Positions 11,989 to 24,200 of a stretch of DNA of 64,000 nt are shown in pieces. The position numbers and the translations under genes are program-made. The notes under the pieces were generated by a model. It did no database searches. It saw only the letters and a program-made list of their open reading frames with translations, and was not told the origin of the DNA. The stretch covers positions 129,769-193,768 of the forward strand of contig LNBX01000046.1 of NCBI GenBank assembly GCA_001567275.1, given 5' to 3'. This stretch comes from Bacteroidetes bacterium OLB10 (lineage in GTDB: Bacteria; Bacteroidota; Bacteroidia; AKYH767-A; OLB10). Each line of letters begins with the position of its first letter. The stretch's first letter is position 1.

Positions 11989-13030
11989 GTGGCTGTCACT
12001 GTTACTGTTGAAAGTGTAATTCCTCACATACTACAAAATGATGCTGTATTTCTTGATACACGCAGCCCTGCAGAGTATGAACATGCACATATACCGGGAG
12101 CACTTTCATTTCCGCTGATGAGTAATGAAGAGCGTGCAATTATCGGAACTATTTATAAGCAGCAGGGCAGACAAGCTGCCGTTACTGAAGGGTTCAGGCT
12201 GATAGGTCCGCGTTTTGCTGAATTTGTTGAAAAGGCTCATCAGATTACAGAGGGAAAAAAAGTGTTTTTGTATTGTTGGAGAGGAGGTATGCGCAGTGGT
12301 ATCATGGCATGGATTCTCAGTATGGGAGGTGTGCCTGTTACAGTAATTAAAGGAGGTTACAAAGCATACAGACATTGGGCGCTCAGTACTTTTTCGGTGC
12401 AAAAATCAATTGCCATTATCGGAGGTAAAACCGGCAGCAGAAAAACTGAACTGTTGCATGAATTGAAAAATAACAACCAATATATAATAGATCTTGAAGA
12501 GTTGGCGCACCACAAAGGCTCTGCTTTCGGAGCGTTGGGAATGCTACCACAACCTTCAACAGAACAATTTGAAAACAGTCTTGCATTGCTATGGCATCGC
12601 GCACCTGATGATGCTCCTGTTTGGCTTGAAAATGAAAGCAACAAGATAGGAAGATGTGCCATACCCATGTCCTTGTTTGAGCAAATGCGCGAAGCTGTGT
12701 GTTATGAGTTAGATGTGCCTTATGAGGAGCGTAAGCAACATATACTTAAAAGCTATGGTTGCTTCGACAGGGAAAGTCTTGCAGCATGTAACTGAAAAAA
12801 AAAAAAAACGTTTGGGAGGGCTTCGGCTAAAAAATGCACTTGAAGCACTTGAAGAAAACCGCCTTTCCGACTGGTGTGATATTGTGATGGAGTATTATGA
12901 TAAAACCTATGCACACAGCAATATGCAGCGTGATGCAAATAAGATTATTCGTATAGCGGCTCAAAAAGATGTTGCTCAGCATCTGATAGCCAAATCAAAA
13001 GAAATTATAACCAATGGATACAGCAATTAA
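11989..13030 (+). CDS. mnmH: tRNA 2-selenouridine(34) synthase; 1-nt frameshift at about 12790
   Basis: Rhodanese domain DTRSPAEYEHAHIPGA and YCWRGGMRS, IDLEELAHHKGSAFG; C-terminal KRLGG...YYDKTY in ORF 12713..13030; adjacent to selD. Confidence 0.92.
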
Positions 13031-14051
13031 ATTAACTGAATACAGCAAGCATGGAGGTTGTGGTTGCAAAATTGCACCTGATGTACTTACTCAGATTCTG
13101 AGTGGAAACAGCTGCAGTTTCAATTCTGCTCAGCTTCTTGTAGGAAATGATAGTAATGACGATGCTGCAGTATTCGATTTGCAGAATGGTACGGCTATCA
13201 TCAGCACAGCCGATTTTTTTACTCCTATTGTTGACAATCCATATCATTTCGGACGAATAGCAGCTGCCAATGCTCTCAGTGATGTGTATGCAATGGGTGG
13301 AAAACCATTAATGGCAATAGCTATATTGGGATTTCCGGTGAGTCGTATTCCGGTATCTGTTGCAGCTGAAATTAAAAAGGGAGCAGAGGAAATTTGTGCC
13401 GGGGCAGGAATTCCTTTAGCAGGAGGCCACAGTATTGACAGTGCTGAACCTTTTTTTGGTCTTTCAGTTACCGGTATGTCAGCTTGCGAAAACATCAAAC
13501 GTAATAACACCGCACAACCGGGTGATGTGTTATTTCTGACAAAACCACTTGGCACCGGCATAATCACATCAGCCCTGCGCAAACAAAAAGTTCAGCCTGA
13601 CGATCTCGAAGCAGCAATTCAAAGTATGACAACATTAAATGATATGGGTGCTGCAATTAGTCATTTACCGGGAGTTCATGCCATGACTGATATTACAGGT
13701 TTTGGTTTTCTTGGTCATCTGATGGAAGTGTGCAAAGGAAGTAACGTGTCGGCACATATTCAGTTTAATGAATTGCCTGTGTTGCCCGGTTGCAAAAAAT
13801 ATATTTCAGAGTTTTTATATCCTGATATGACCACAAAAATTTTTGCAAATATTTCTAATGATGTAAATGAACTTACATCGGATCAGCTGTTCATTGCCTG
13901 CGACCCACAAACCAGTGGAGGACTGCTTATTGCAGTGGGTCATGACAGTGTGCAGAAATTTAAGGATATATGTGCAGAGAGAGGATTTAATCCCGGAAAC
14001 CCGGTAGGTGTAGCGGTGGAAAAAGAAGAAAAATATATTTCTGTTTTTTGA
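13014..14051 (+). CDS. selD: Selenide, water dikinase (selenophosphate synthetase), Cys form
   Basis: LTEYSKHGGCGCKI, DDAAV, DFFTPIVD, AANALSDVYAMGG, GGHS, TDITGFG, DPQTSGGLL. Confidence 0.96.
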   Translation: MDTAIKLTEYSKHGGCGCKIAPDVLTQILSGNSCSFNSAQLLVGNDSNDDAAVFDLQNGTAIISTADFFTPIVDNPYHFGRIAAANALSDVYAMGGKPLMAIAILGFPVSRIPVSVAAEIKKGAEEICAGAGIPLAGGHSIDSAEPFFGLSVTGMSACENIKRNNTAQPGDVLFLTKPLGTGIITSALRKQKVQPDDLEAAIQSMTTLNDMGAAISHLPGVHAMTDITGFGFLGHLMEVCKGSNVSAHIQFNELPVLPGCKKYISEFLYPDMTTKIFANISNDVNELTSDQLFIACDPQTSGGLLIAVGHDSVQKFKDICAERGFNPGNPVGVAVEKEEKYISVF

Positions 14052-14129
14052 TTGTATTCAAACTTTATAACTTCGTCACAAATAAATCAGAAGAAGATTA
14101 TACTGAAACCTCATTAAAAAATAATTTTT

Positions 14130-16040
14130 ATGTATCCATATCAGATTAAGTCAGCAGAAGAATACCGCAAAGCATATCAGGCAAGCGTAGAAAATCCTGA
14201 GAAATTTTGGGGAGAGATAGCGAATAATTTTTACTGGCGAAAAAAATGGGATAAAGTACTCGACTGGAATTTTGCAGATCCTTCGGTAAAATGGTTTGAC
14301 GGAGCTAAACTGAATATTACCGAAAACTGCCTCGACAGACATATTGAAAAATCGGGTGACACACCGGCAATTGTTTGGGAACCCAACAACCCTGACGAAG
14401 CAGGCAGAACACTCACTTACAAAGAACTTCTCTTTAAGGTGAAACAATTTGCAAATGTGCTTAAGAATAATGGAATTAAAAAAGGTGATCGTGTTTGTAT
14501 TTACATGGGTATGATTCCCGAATTACCTGTTGCTATTCTTGCCTGTGCGCGCATTGGTGCCATTCATTCAGTGATATTCGGAGGGTTTTCTGCACGCTCC
14601 ATTGCCGACAGGGTAGAGGATGCACATGCAGAATGTATCATCACCTGTGACGGTGCTTTCAGAGGTGCAAAAGATATACAGCTGAAAGCAGTGGTAGATG
14701 AGGCCATCGAAAATTATTCTTTTGTAAAAAAAGTAATCGTTTATCAGCGAACCAATACACCCGTAAACATGGTGAATGGCCGCGATGTGTGGTGGCATGA
14801 CGAGATTAGAAAAGTAGAAGCAGCAGGCAACCCCGACTGCATTGCCGAAGTGATGGATGCTGAAGATATGCTGTTCATACTTTATACTTCAGGTTCAACA
14901 GGAAAACCTAAAGGAGTGGTTCATACCACAGCGGGTTACATGGTTTGGGTTGATTATACATTTGTAAATGTTTTTCAGTATCAGCCCGGACAGATTTATT
15001 TCTGTACCGCAGATATCGGATGGGTTACCGGACATAGTTACATTGTTTATGGCCCGCTGAGTGCCGGAGCAACATCACTTATGTTTGAAGGAATTCCAAC
15101 CTATCCTGATGCAGGACGTTTTTGGGATATCGTTGACAAGTATCAGGTGAATATACTTTATACTGCACCTACCGCCATCCGAAGCCTCATGGCTTATGGT
15201 TCAGAGTATCTGAAAGGTAAGAAACTTGATTCGCTGAAAGTGATTGGCTCTGTTGGCGAACCTATCAACGAAGAAGCATGGCAGTGGTATTACGAAAATA
15301 TCGGAAAAGAAAAATGCCCTGTAGTGGACACCTGGTGGCAAACAGAAACTGCAGGCATTATGATATCATGTCTGGCAGGCGTTACACCTCATAAACCTGC
15401 TTTTGCTACCTTGCCGCTGCCGGGAGTTCAGCCATGTCTGGTTGATGAAAAAGGTAATGAAATTAAAGGTAATAACGAAAGTGGAAATCTGTGTATCCGT
15501 TTTCCGTGGCCGGGTATGTTGCGCACTACCTATGGCGATCATGAGCGATGCAGATTAACATATTTTACAGCTTATAAAAATATGTACTTCACAGGTGATG
15601 GTTGCCTCCGAGATGATGAAGGGAATTATCGTATTACAGGAAGAGTGGATGATGTGCTGAATGTAAGTGGTCACCGTATTGGCACTGCCGAAGTGGAGAA
15701 TGCCATCAACATGCATCCTGATATTGTAGAAAGTGCTGTTGTAGGATTTCCGCATCACATCAAAGGTCAGGGTATTTACGCATTTGTTATCAGCCAGACT
15801 TCTGTTACTGACGAAGTGAAACTAAGACAGGAAATACTTCAAACAGTAACAGATGAAATTGGAGCCATAGCCAAACCTGATAAAATACAAATTGTAAAAG
15901 GTCTTCCAAAAACACGTAGCGGTAAAATCATGCGAAGGATATTGCGCAAAATTGCCGAAGGCGAAATGTCGAATCTCGGAGATACTACTACACTGCTCGA
16001 CCCTCAGGTTGTGGAAGAAATCAAAAGCGGAAGACTATAA
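14130..16040 (+). CDS. acs: Acetate--CoA ligase
   Basis: YTSGSTGKPKG, TADIGWVTGHSY, DTWWQTET, LPKTRSGKIMRR. Confidence 0.97.
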   Translation: MYPYQIKSAEEYRKAYQASVENPEKFWGEIANNFYWRKKWDKVLDWNFADPSVKWFDGAKLNITENCLDRHIEKSGDTPAIVWEPNNPDEAGRTLTYKELLFKVKQFANVLKNNGIKKGDRVCIYMGMIPELPVAILACARIGAIHSVIFGGFSARSIADRVEDAHAECIITCDGAFRGAKDIQLKAVVDEAIENYSFVKKVIVYQRTNTPVNMVNGRDVWWHDEIRKVEAAGNPDCIAEVMDAEDMLFILYTSGSTGKPKGVVHTTAGYMVWVDYTFVNVFQYQPGQIYFCTADIGWVTGHSYIVYGPLSAGATSLMFEGIPTYPDAGRFWDIVDKYQVNILYTAPTAIRSLMAYGSEYLKGKKLDSLKVIGSVGEPINEEAWQWYYENIGKEKCPVVDTWWQTETAGIMISCLAGVTPHKPAFATLPLPGVQPCLVDEKGNEIKGNNESGNLCIRFPWPGMLRTTYGDHERCRLTYFTAYKNMYFTGDGCLRDDEGNYRITGRVDDVLNVSGHRIGTAEVENAINMHPDIVESAVVGFPHHIKGQGIYAFVISQTSVTDEVKLRQEILQTVTDEIGAIAKPDKIQIVKGLPKTRSGKIMRRILRKIAEGEMSNLGDTTTLLDPQVVEEIKSGRL

Positions 16041-16142
16041 TTTTTTTACTCCTAAAATTAACATCATTGTGTAAATAACATTGATGTTGCAAAGGTTTGT
16101 TGCAGCAGCTTAGCCTGTAGCTTTGAAACATATTTTTTTAGT

Positions 16143-18792
16143 GTGAACAGAGTTGTTGCATCGTCCATCATTTCCATTTTTATTATTGCTTTGCTGGCAG
16201 TAGGATATTATTACTTTTCTGTTTACAAAGAGAAATTTTCTAACCCTGAAGAAGCCCTTCCTCCAAGTGCGGCTTTAATCATTAAAGGCAATATCAACAG
16301 TATTTACACTGAACTTGATAAGCAGGGTATATGGAATCAACTCGATACCTTGTCACTCATTGGTGACATCAGAAAGGAGTTTGAAATATTACTTCAGAAC
16401 ACAGCTGATCAGTCAGAAATTGCTGACCTTTTGGAGTCATCACAAACTCTGGTTTCGTTACAGGTAACAGGAGCAGAAAAAGCTGATTTACTTTTTCTGA
16501 TGCCATCGCCAAAAGATATCAGCATAACCACCATGCGCAAAACGCTGTTGGGCGAGCAACCTGATGAGTACAGGCAACGCTCTTTTTCAGGGAAAGAAAT
16601 TTATGAGATCAATTTTTCACAGGGATGGCAGTTTACTTTTTCTGTTTCGAATGGAGTATTCATTGGAAGCTTTACTTCAGGATTGGTTGAAGATGCAATC
16701 CGTCAGCAGGAAACCGGAAAAGCTTTTTGGGGAAATAAAAATCTGGTAAACTTATTCAGTTCAGTATCGGCATCTGCTCAATCTGTTGTTGCAATAAATT
16801 ACCCGCAACTAAGCAGTTTGTTTTCTGTTTCACTCAATTCTGATTTTAGTGATAAATTGCATGAGTTGTCAGTATGGGCCGGTTGGTCCGTTCATGCTTT
16901 AACTTTTGAAAAGAAACAGATTACTGCAAAAGGTTTTATTCTGTCAAACGACTCCATGCAAATAATATCAGGGTTTAATAATTGTCATGGCGGAGTGTCG
17001 GAAATTGTAAAAGTTTTATCCCAAAATACCATAGCCTATCAGACATATTCTTTCTCTGACGAATGTAGCTGGATAGGAGAGAACAGAAAAAAAATGTCCG
17101 AAAACGAGTATGTTCGTCAGGCAGAAAAAAATATATCTAAGACCGAAAAGGATGCCGGATATCCTATAAGAGAAAAATTTAAAAAGATAATAGATACTGA
17201 AGTAGCACTGGCTTTGTCAGGAAATCCATCCGGAAATCTTGATAATAATACACTGGCATTTATTAAAGTAAAAAGCAAGAAAGATGCTTTGCAGATAATG
17301 AGTCAGATAGATAAAGCAATCAAAAAAAATGGTAAGCCTGCAGCAGTGGAGCAGTTTAAAAATCATGAAATTCGGTTAATGGATGTAGATGGGTTATTAC
17401 CTGCTCTGTTTGGTAACTCATTTTCTGTTATCCGCAAAAATTATTTCACGATACAAAATAATTTTCTTGTCTTTGCAAACAAGCCCAGCCTGCTTAGAAA
17501 ATATATTGAAGATGTAGAAGGAGGTTTGCTTGTCACTCAATTACCTGAGACCATGCAGGCCGAACTTAAAAAGGCAGAACATAATATGTATGCATTGTTA
17601 ATACGTCCGGAACAATGTACACCTGTGTGGCAATCAGTTTCTAATGAAGTAACAAGAAAGATGTTATCTCGCAGTAATTATCTTGAAAGGTTCAGTTCAT
17701 TTTATTATTCCGTATCCAATGTGCAGAATTCAGAAGGTAATTGCACTTTTATTATAACAACTCAAAATCCTGAACCAAAGCAGAAAGTAACCAAGCTGTG
17801 GACTTCTTTTTCTGATACAACTTTACTCAATGGTCCGTTTATGTTCAGTAGAGATAAGGAAATATTTATTTTATATCAGGATGATGCGATGATACTTCAT
17901 TGTTTGGATCAGAACGGAAACAACAGGTGGACGCTTCAGTTGGATTCATCTGTCATTGGAAAAAATTTGTCAGGGTATATCAGATAATGATGGCAAAATG
18001 CAGTTCGATTTTGCTACAACTTCACAGGTTTATATAGTCAGTGAGAATGGAACTATTGCTACCAAATATCCACAAAAACTTCCTGCAGCAACAACTATTG
18101 GTTTAATTTCTTCTCCTGCAAGTGACATTTACTTTGTTCCCTGTAATAATCAGATTATTTATGCTTATAATTATGGTGGGCGTCCTGCAAAAGACTGGAG
18201 CAACATTAAATGGAGTGGAAACAAAATTGAAAGTACTTTCAGTCCTGATGGAAAGTACATAGTTTTCATTGATGATCAGAATTTGATGTATTACACCATG
18301 GATGGCCAAAGTCGTCTGGTAAAACCGGTAAATGAACTTAATTTATCAAATTATCACTGGACAAACGATTCTGTTCCTGAATTTGCATGCTTAGATGCGG
18401 ATGGAAGTAAATTGCGAATCAAGAATGATGGAACATTTGCCAAGATTAACGGTATGCCTGCATTGCAATGGTTAGGTCAAACCACAGAAGCGGGCAACAT
18501 CTTTAATTATATGCTAACTGAAAATCGGATTTCAAAAATTTCGGCAGATAACAATATTATAGCAAGTGCAGATTTAAAAGGACAAGTTGGAAAATCTTCT
18601 GTGTTATCAGTTGAAAACAATACGTATTGCGCTCTGAGTATTGATAATAATCTTAACTTGTTTGACAGCCATCTGAAACAGGTATCAGGATTTCCGGTGC
18701 CGGCAATGGGTTATGCTACAATGAGCATGGGAAGTAAAATTTATTTGTTGGTTCTTGAAGGCAAAGACAAACTCACGTTATACGAACTGTAA
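16143..18792 (+). CDS. DUF3352-like membrane-anchored protein with C-terminal beta-propeller; 1-nt frameshift
   Basis: N-terminal TM anchor then ALPPSAALII. ORFs 16143..17987 and 17956..18792 join by removing one A at 17960-17965 (VIGKICQG). Repeated V-x-G-F/Y-P blade motifs. A TAGCTTTG -7 box lies at 16118-16125. Confidence 0.6.
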
Positions 18793-20318
18793 TTTCTTAT
18801 TCGTTTTTTTTCGAAACGATACGGGTCATAGTCAACAAAGTCATTCACTTTTACCGTTATTGATTTTACTTTTCCATTTATAATTTCAAGAGGAAACTCA
18901 TGAATTCCATACGTTGGGTCAGTGAATTTACACAATAATGTTTCTGCGCCTGTAGGTGTCAATTCACCTTTCAGAAACGGATGATGACTGAAATACATGG
19001 TCAGACCTTTTTTGCTTTTTCTGATTTCTATTTCGCCATACACTGGATTTTTGTACTTTCCTGCAACAGCATCATTGCTTACCGATAATTTAGGATTTGA
19101 TTTTGTTTTGTCTTCAAGTGCTTTAATTTCTTCCTGATCTTTCTGGTCGTTAGCTTCAAATCTTTTGTAGTAAGCAGCACTGATATTGGCATAAGGTTGT
19201 CCCGTAAAATAATTGATCAGTTGCTGACGTAATGCAACATAAAACCAATTGGCATCGGTATTGGTGAGAATAACAAAACCGGCATTATGTTCAGGTAATA
19301 ATGTGGTGTTTGTTACAAAGCCATTAGCACCTCCGTTGTGCGAAACTACCAGTGAACCATACATATCCTCCAGTTCCCAGCCTAAACCATAATTCGCAAA
19401 GTGATTATATGGCCTTGATGGACTTGACGATTCTCTGTCAATCATGTAAGAGTTCCTTGTAGTTTTAATAACTGTTTCAGGCACCACTTCTACTCCGTTG
19501 TAACGACCATTGTTTAATTGCATGAGCAACCAATGTGTCAAATCACTTACACAAGAATTGATTCCTGCACATGCACCTATATTATCAACATTTGCATAAT
19601 CTAATCTTACAAGTTGTCCATTTACCAAGGTATAAGGTTTGGCAGCATTGCTGTCGCTTATAATTTTAGAGTAATAAACTGAACTCCTTTTCATAGCTAA
19701 TTTATCAAAAAAACGATGTTGGAAAAAATCCTGCCATGATGTATCAGTTACAGCTTTTATAACTGCTCCTGCAGTAACAAATCCCATGTTGCAATAACCA
19801 AATTTATACCGGAATTTATATTTGGCATCTACATTACGCATATTTTTAATCAGAGCCTCTTCAGACAAATTGCAGTTCCAGTTCAGAAAATCACTCTGAA
19901 AAGTGCTGAATCCAATCCGATGGCATAAAATATCTTTAACGGTCACCATCTCTGTGGCATTAGGGTCTTTTAACGCAAACCAGGGCAGGTATTTGCGAAC
20001 TCTCTCATCAAGATTTAAACGTTTTTCGTTGTCGAGCATAGCAATTGCAGTTCCGGTAAAAGCTTTGGAATTACTTGCAATCTGAAACAATGTGTTTTCA
20101 TCTATTTTGTCTGTTCTGCCCATTTCCCTCACGCCATATCCTTTTAAAGCAACAACTTTTCCATCTTTAACAATGCCGACAGCAACACCCGGTATCTTCC
20201 ATATATTCATTTCGCGGATGATATAACTATCCAGACTGTCTTTTATAAAATCATCTTGGCCAAAACTTAATGAGGCTGCTCCAAGAAAAAATAAAATGGC
20301 AACAAATACTTTTTTCAT
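18741..20318 (-). CDS. Serine hydrolase (class C beta-lactamase family) with C-terminal DUF3471-like domain
   Basis: Signal peptide, IPGVAVGIVKDG, FQIASNSKAF (SxxK), YCN, HNGG. The true stop is probably near 18797 (FEKNE*) if the T-run at about 18804-18811 is one base too long. Confidence 0.88.
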   Translation of the reverse strand: MKKVFVAILFFLGAASLSFGQDDFIKDSLDSYIIREMNIWKIPGVAVGIVKDGKVVALKGYGVREMGRTDKIDENTLFQIASNSKAFTGTAIAMLDNEKRLNLDERVRKYLPWFALKDPNATEMVTVKDILCHRIGFSTFQSDFLNWNCNLSEEALIKNMRNVDAKYKFRYKFGYCNMGFVTAGAVIKAVTDTSWQDFFQHRFFDKLAMKRSSVYYSKIISDSNAAKPYTLVNGQLVRLDYANVDNIGACAGINSCVSDLTHWLLMQLNNGRYNGVEVVPETVIKTTRNSYMIDRESSSPSRPYNHFANYGLGWELEDMYGSLVVSHNGGANGFVTNTTLLPEHNAGFVILTNTDANWFYVALRQQLINYFTGQPYANISAAYYKRFEANDQKDQEEIKALEDKTKSNPKLSVSNDAVAGKYKNPVYGEIEIRKSKKGLTMYFSHHPFLKGELTPTGAETLLCKFTDPTYGIHEFPLEIINGKVKSITVKVNDFVDYDPYRFEKKRIRNYSSYNVSLSLPSRTNK

Positions 20319-20635
20319 TTTTTAAAATATTTAGTTCAAAAGTATGAAAAACCAAGAGTAATGGCACCTTAATATCGGTTTTCCGGATAAACCATTTTTA
20401 CTATCTGATATGCAGGCTGTGTTTTCAACATGGCTTGCATTTTTTTTGTTATCTGCATTTCTGATATACGACATCTGTGATTGTAAATTTTTCTGATGAC
20501 AGAATAGAGAAATACAGAAGTACGGTATTAAAAGTTATAAATTGAGGTTTTGAAACGGCTTTTGTGGATGATTTTTTTGATTCCTGTTTATTTGATAAGT
20601 TTAAAACCTGAAATTTACCGCTGAATAACTCTTTT

Positions 20636-21292
20636 ATGTTCGATTCAATGTCTTATCAGAAACTGATTCAGGAGCTAAAACCTTATCAGGCTACCCTGGT
20701 TGCTGTTTCCAAAAAAAAACCTGTAACTGATATTGAACTTGCACTCACCGAAGGTCAACATATTTTTGGAGAGAACTATGTTCAGGAACTTTGTGAGAAG
20801 CAACCTCAGCTTCCGCAGAATATCGAGTGGCATTTTATCGGACATCTTCAGAGTAATAAAGTTAAGTTTATTGTACCCTTTGTTCATACAATTCAAACCA
20901 TAGACAGTGTAAAACTGCTCTCGGAAGTTGATAAGATGGCCGGCAAACACCAGCGAAAAGTTGAGGTACTTCTTCAGGTGTACATTGCTACAGAAGAAAC
21001 AAAGTTTGGTTTTGATACAAATGAGATATTAAAGCTGTTTGATAATGGTTTTCCTTCTTTACAAAACATTCGGGTTGCAGGACTGATGGGTATGGCGAGC
21101 AACACTGAAAATACTTCTCAGATACGTGCAGAATTTAAATCACTGAAAAATCTTTTTGACAAAATAAAGCCGGGATTAGATAGAACAGTAAAACCTGTTT
21201 TAAGTATGGGCATGACATCAGATTATAAAATTGCACTTGATGAAGGTAGTACTATGATACGTATTGGTTCAGCATTATTCGGCAGCAGATGA
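20636..21292 (+). CDS. yggS: YggS/PLPBP pyridoxal-phosphate homeostasis protein
   Basis: LVAVSKK, FGENYVQE, WHFIGHLQSNK, LSMGMTSDY, GSTMIRIGSALFG; start may be the ATG at 20648. Confidence 0.95.
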   Translation: MFDSMSYQKLIQELKPYQATLVAVSKKKPVTDIELALTEGQHIFGENYVQELCEKQPQLPQNIEWHFIGHLQSNKVKFIVPFVHTIQTIDSVKLLSEVDKMAGKHQRKVEVLLQVYIATEETKFGFDTNEILKLFDNGFPSLQNIRVAGLMGMASNTENTSQIRAEFKSLKNLFDKIKPGLDRTVKPVLSMGMTSDYKIALDEGSTMIRIGSALFGSR

Positions 21293-24200
21293 TAAAAATA
21301 ATTAATAGAAAGTTTGCAGGCATTATTTCAATGTGTAGTTTCTGTATTTGTCAGTTGGCAAGTACAGCTTTCGCAAATAATGATAAAGCATATTTTCAGC
21401 AGCAGGTAGAGTATAAAATTTCAGTAACACTTGATGACAAAAAACATCAGTTAAGCGGAGATGCTGAAATGAAATATATCAATCACTCTCCCGATATACT
21501 TACTGAAATTTATTTTCACCTCTGGCCAAATGCTTATAAAGACAGAACTTCGGCATTGTGCAAACAGTTGGTAAGTGAAGGCAATATGCAATTATATTTT
21601 GCTCCTGATTCACTCAGAGGATTCATGGATGAGTTGGATTTTAAAGTGAACAACAAACCGGTAACTGTTGTCTATGATTCTCTGAATGCAGATATCTGTC
21701 GCCTTATATTAAATCAACCTCTTAAGCCGGAAGACTCGATTACCATTACAACACCTTTCAGAGTGAAAATTCCTGATGCTAAGTTTTCAAGACTTGGACA
21801 CATTGGTGATTCTTATATGATATCGCAATGGTATCCCAAGCCTGCTGTTTACGACAAATTTGGTTGGCATCCAATGCCATACTTGTCACAGGGAGAATTT
21901 TATTCGGAATATGGTTCGTTCGATGTACGTATTACACTGCCTGAAAATTATGTAGTAGCTGCAAGCGGATATTTGCAGACACCATCAGAAATTGAATTTA
22001 TAAAAAATAAAATTGCAGAATCATCTTCAGTCGCAACTTACAGTTCCGATAATTCTTTTCCAATATCATCCGATAAATTTAAAACCATTCAGTTTGTTAT
22101 TGACAGTGTGCATGATTTTGCATGGTTTGCAGATAAAAGATTTCATATTAGTCATAAGACAATTCAACTGCCACAATCAGGAAAACAAGTGGAGTGCTAT
22201 GCTTATTTTACCAATTCTCAACCTTATCTGTGGTTGAAAGCTGCATCGGAAGTAGCAGATGCTGTAAGATTTTATTCTGAGAAAGTAGGAGAGTACCCTT
22301 ATGGCATTTGCACAGCTGTGGATGGCACACTTGCAGCAGGAGTGGGAATGGAGTATCCTACCATAACTGTTATCGGAAATTCAACTTCGGAAGCGGATTT
22401 GTGTGAATCCATCACGCATGAAGTAGGGCACAACTGGTTTTATGGTATTCTCGGCAGTAATGAACGCGATCATGCATGGATGGATGAGGGTATCAATTCA
22501 TTTTATGAAATATCATTAAGAGATTTTAAGTACAAGGATAAAAATTACATCAGGGATTACCTTCAATTGCCTGAATGGATGATAAAAAAAGCAGGTGTAG
22601 AAAATTTGAAACCGTTTGATTTAAACAACCTGTTTTATCAGTTACTTGCAAGACAAAACAATGATCAGCCCGGTGACTTAAGCAGCAGTTGTTATACACC
22701 ATTGAATTATGGCGCAGTTGTCTATTCTAAGACTGCTGTAAATTTTTATTCGCTGAAAAAGTATTTGGGAGATTCGCTTTTCGATTCCTGTATGCAGCAG
22801 TATTTTCAGGAATGGAAATTTAAGCATCCTTCTCCTGATGATATCCGGCAAGTGTTTGAAAAGGTATCCGGAAAATCACTTAATTGGTTTTTTAAGGGAG
22901 TAATTACTTCGAAGGATAAATCAGATTTTAAAATTGTTGGTGTGAAGAAAGTGAGTAACGGTTACAGTTTAAGACTGAAAAATTCAGGTCAACTCTCAGT
23001 GCCGGTTTCCATTTCGGCTTATCGCAATAATCAATTCTTAAAATCAGTGTGGGTTGAACCTTTCAGTAATAAAACGGATGTTACCTTCACAACAGATGAT
23101 GCAGATTATTTTCTGGCGGACAGCCCCGATTATTCATTTGATTATTACCCGTTGAATAATTTTTGCAGGAGCAGAGGAATCTTTCGCAGGTTCAATAAAG
23201 TTGAATTTTCATTCCTGTCAAAATATGAAAATCCATTAAGCACACAATTGTTTTATCTTCCTGCAATTGGTTATAACAGCTATAATGGTTTGATGGCAGG
23301 TGTCATATTGCATAATATCTCAGCACTGAAAAAGAAATTTGAGTTTTCATTGATGCCGATGTATGGCTTCAAATCGCGCACTCCTGCCGGTACGGCCATG
23401 TTTAACTATAGTTTTTTATTGGACAAAACTTTTATTGACAGAATTGATGTTACTGCCAATCCACGTTATTTTCGTGCAGACAGGCAATATTTGAATTCAA
23501 GAAATGAATTCTACAATCAGGATTATTTTTCATTGCCCGTACACATAAAGTTTCGTGTAGCCAGGGCTTATTGTAAGCCTGATGTAGAGTACAGTTTCAG
23601 AGTAAGTAATATTTTGAATCATATCAGACAATATGAATACAAGCCTGATCATTTATACTGGCAAAGAAGAATGTATCAGCAAGTTGCATTATTGAGAAAT
23701 AGTTACAGCCAGACAGACCCTTCAACTGTTGAATGGATGACGGAAAGAGGAGAAGATTATATCAAGAGTCAGATTTCAGTGGAGAAGGAATTTACACTTA
23801 CTAAGCACAAAAAGGATTTGTATCTGAGATTTTTTGCCGGAACATTTTTGTATAAAAACAATTATGACGGTGAAGCTAATTTTACCTCAAGTGCCTGGAT
23901 GGGCAGAGATGATTATCTGTTGCAGGAATTTTTTAGTGGACGAAATGATGGTTCCGGTTTCTGGAGTCATCAAATGGTGATGAGAGCCGGAGGAATGAAA
24001 GCTTATTATCCTGTAAAGACTAATCACTGGATGTTTGGTATCAACACTTCTGTAAAAACTCCTTTACCCGGTATCAGAGTGTTTGCAGACCTGATAAGTT
24101 TTTACAAAGCATCAGCAGTTACTCCGGGAGCTTCGTCAGTAAGATATGATGCAGGCATCTGTCTGAGTATTTTTAAAGATGCGGTTGAAGTTTATCTCCC

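Noticed and set aside
12793-12795. TGA ending the first mnmH ORF as a selenocysteine codon
   Set aside because: The downstream half is in a different frame, so read-through would not restore the protein; SelD here is also the Cys form.
12795-12808. A14 tract as a phase-variation switch for mnmH
   Set aside because: The stop codon comes before the tract, so changing tract length cannot repair the frame. Homologue-like KIKKR suggests a miscalled base.
18741-20318. Beta-lactamase as an antibiotic-resistance gene
   Set aside because: SxxK serine hydrolases with a DUF3471-like tail are widespread peptidases/esterases; there is no evidence of beta-lactam activity or mobility.
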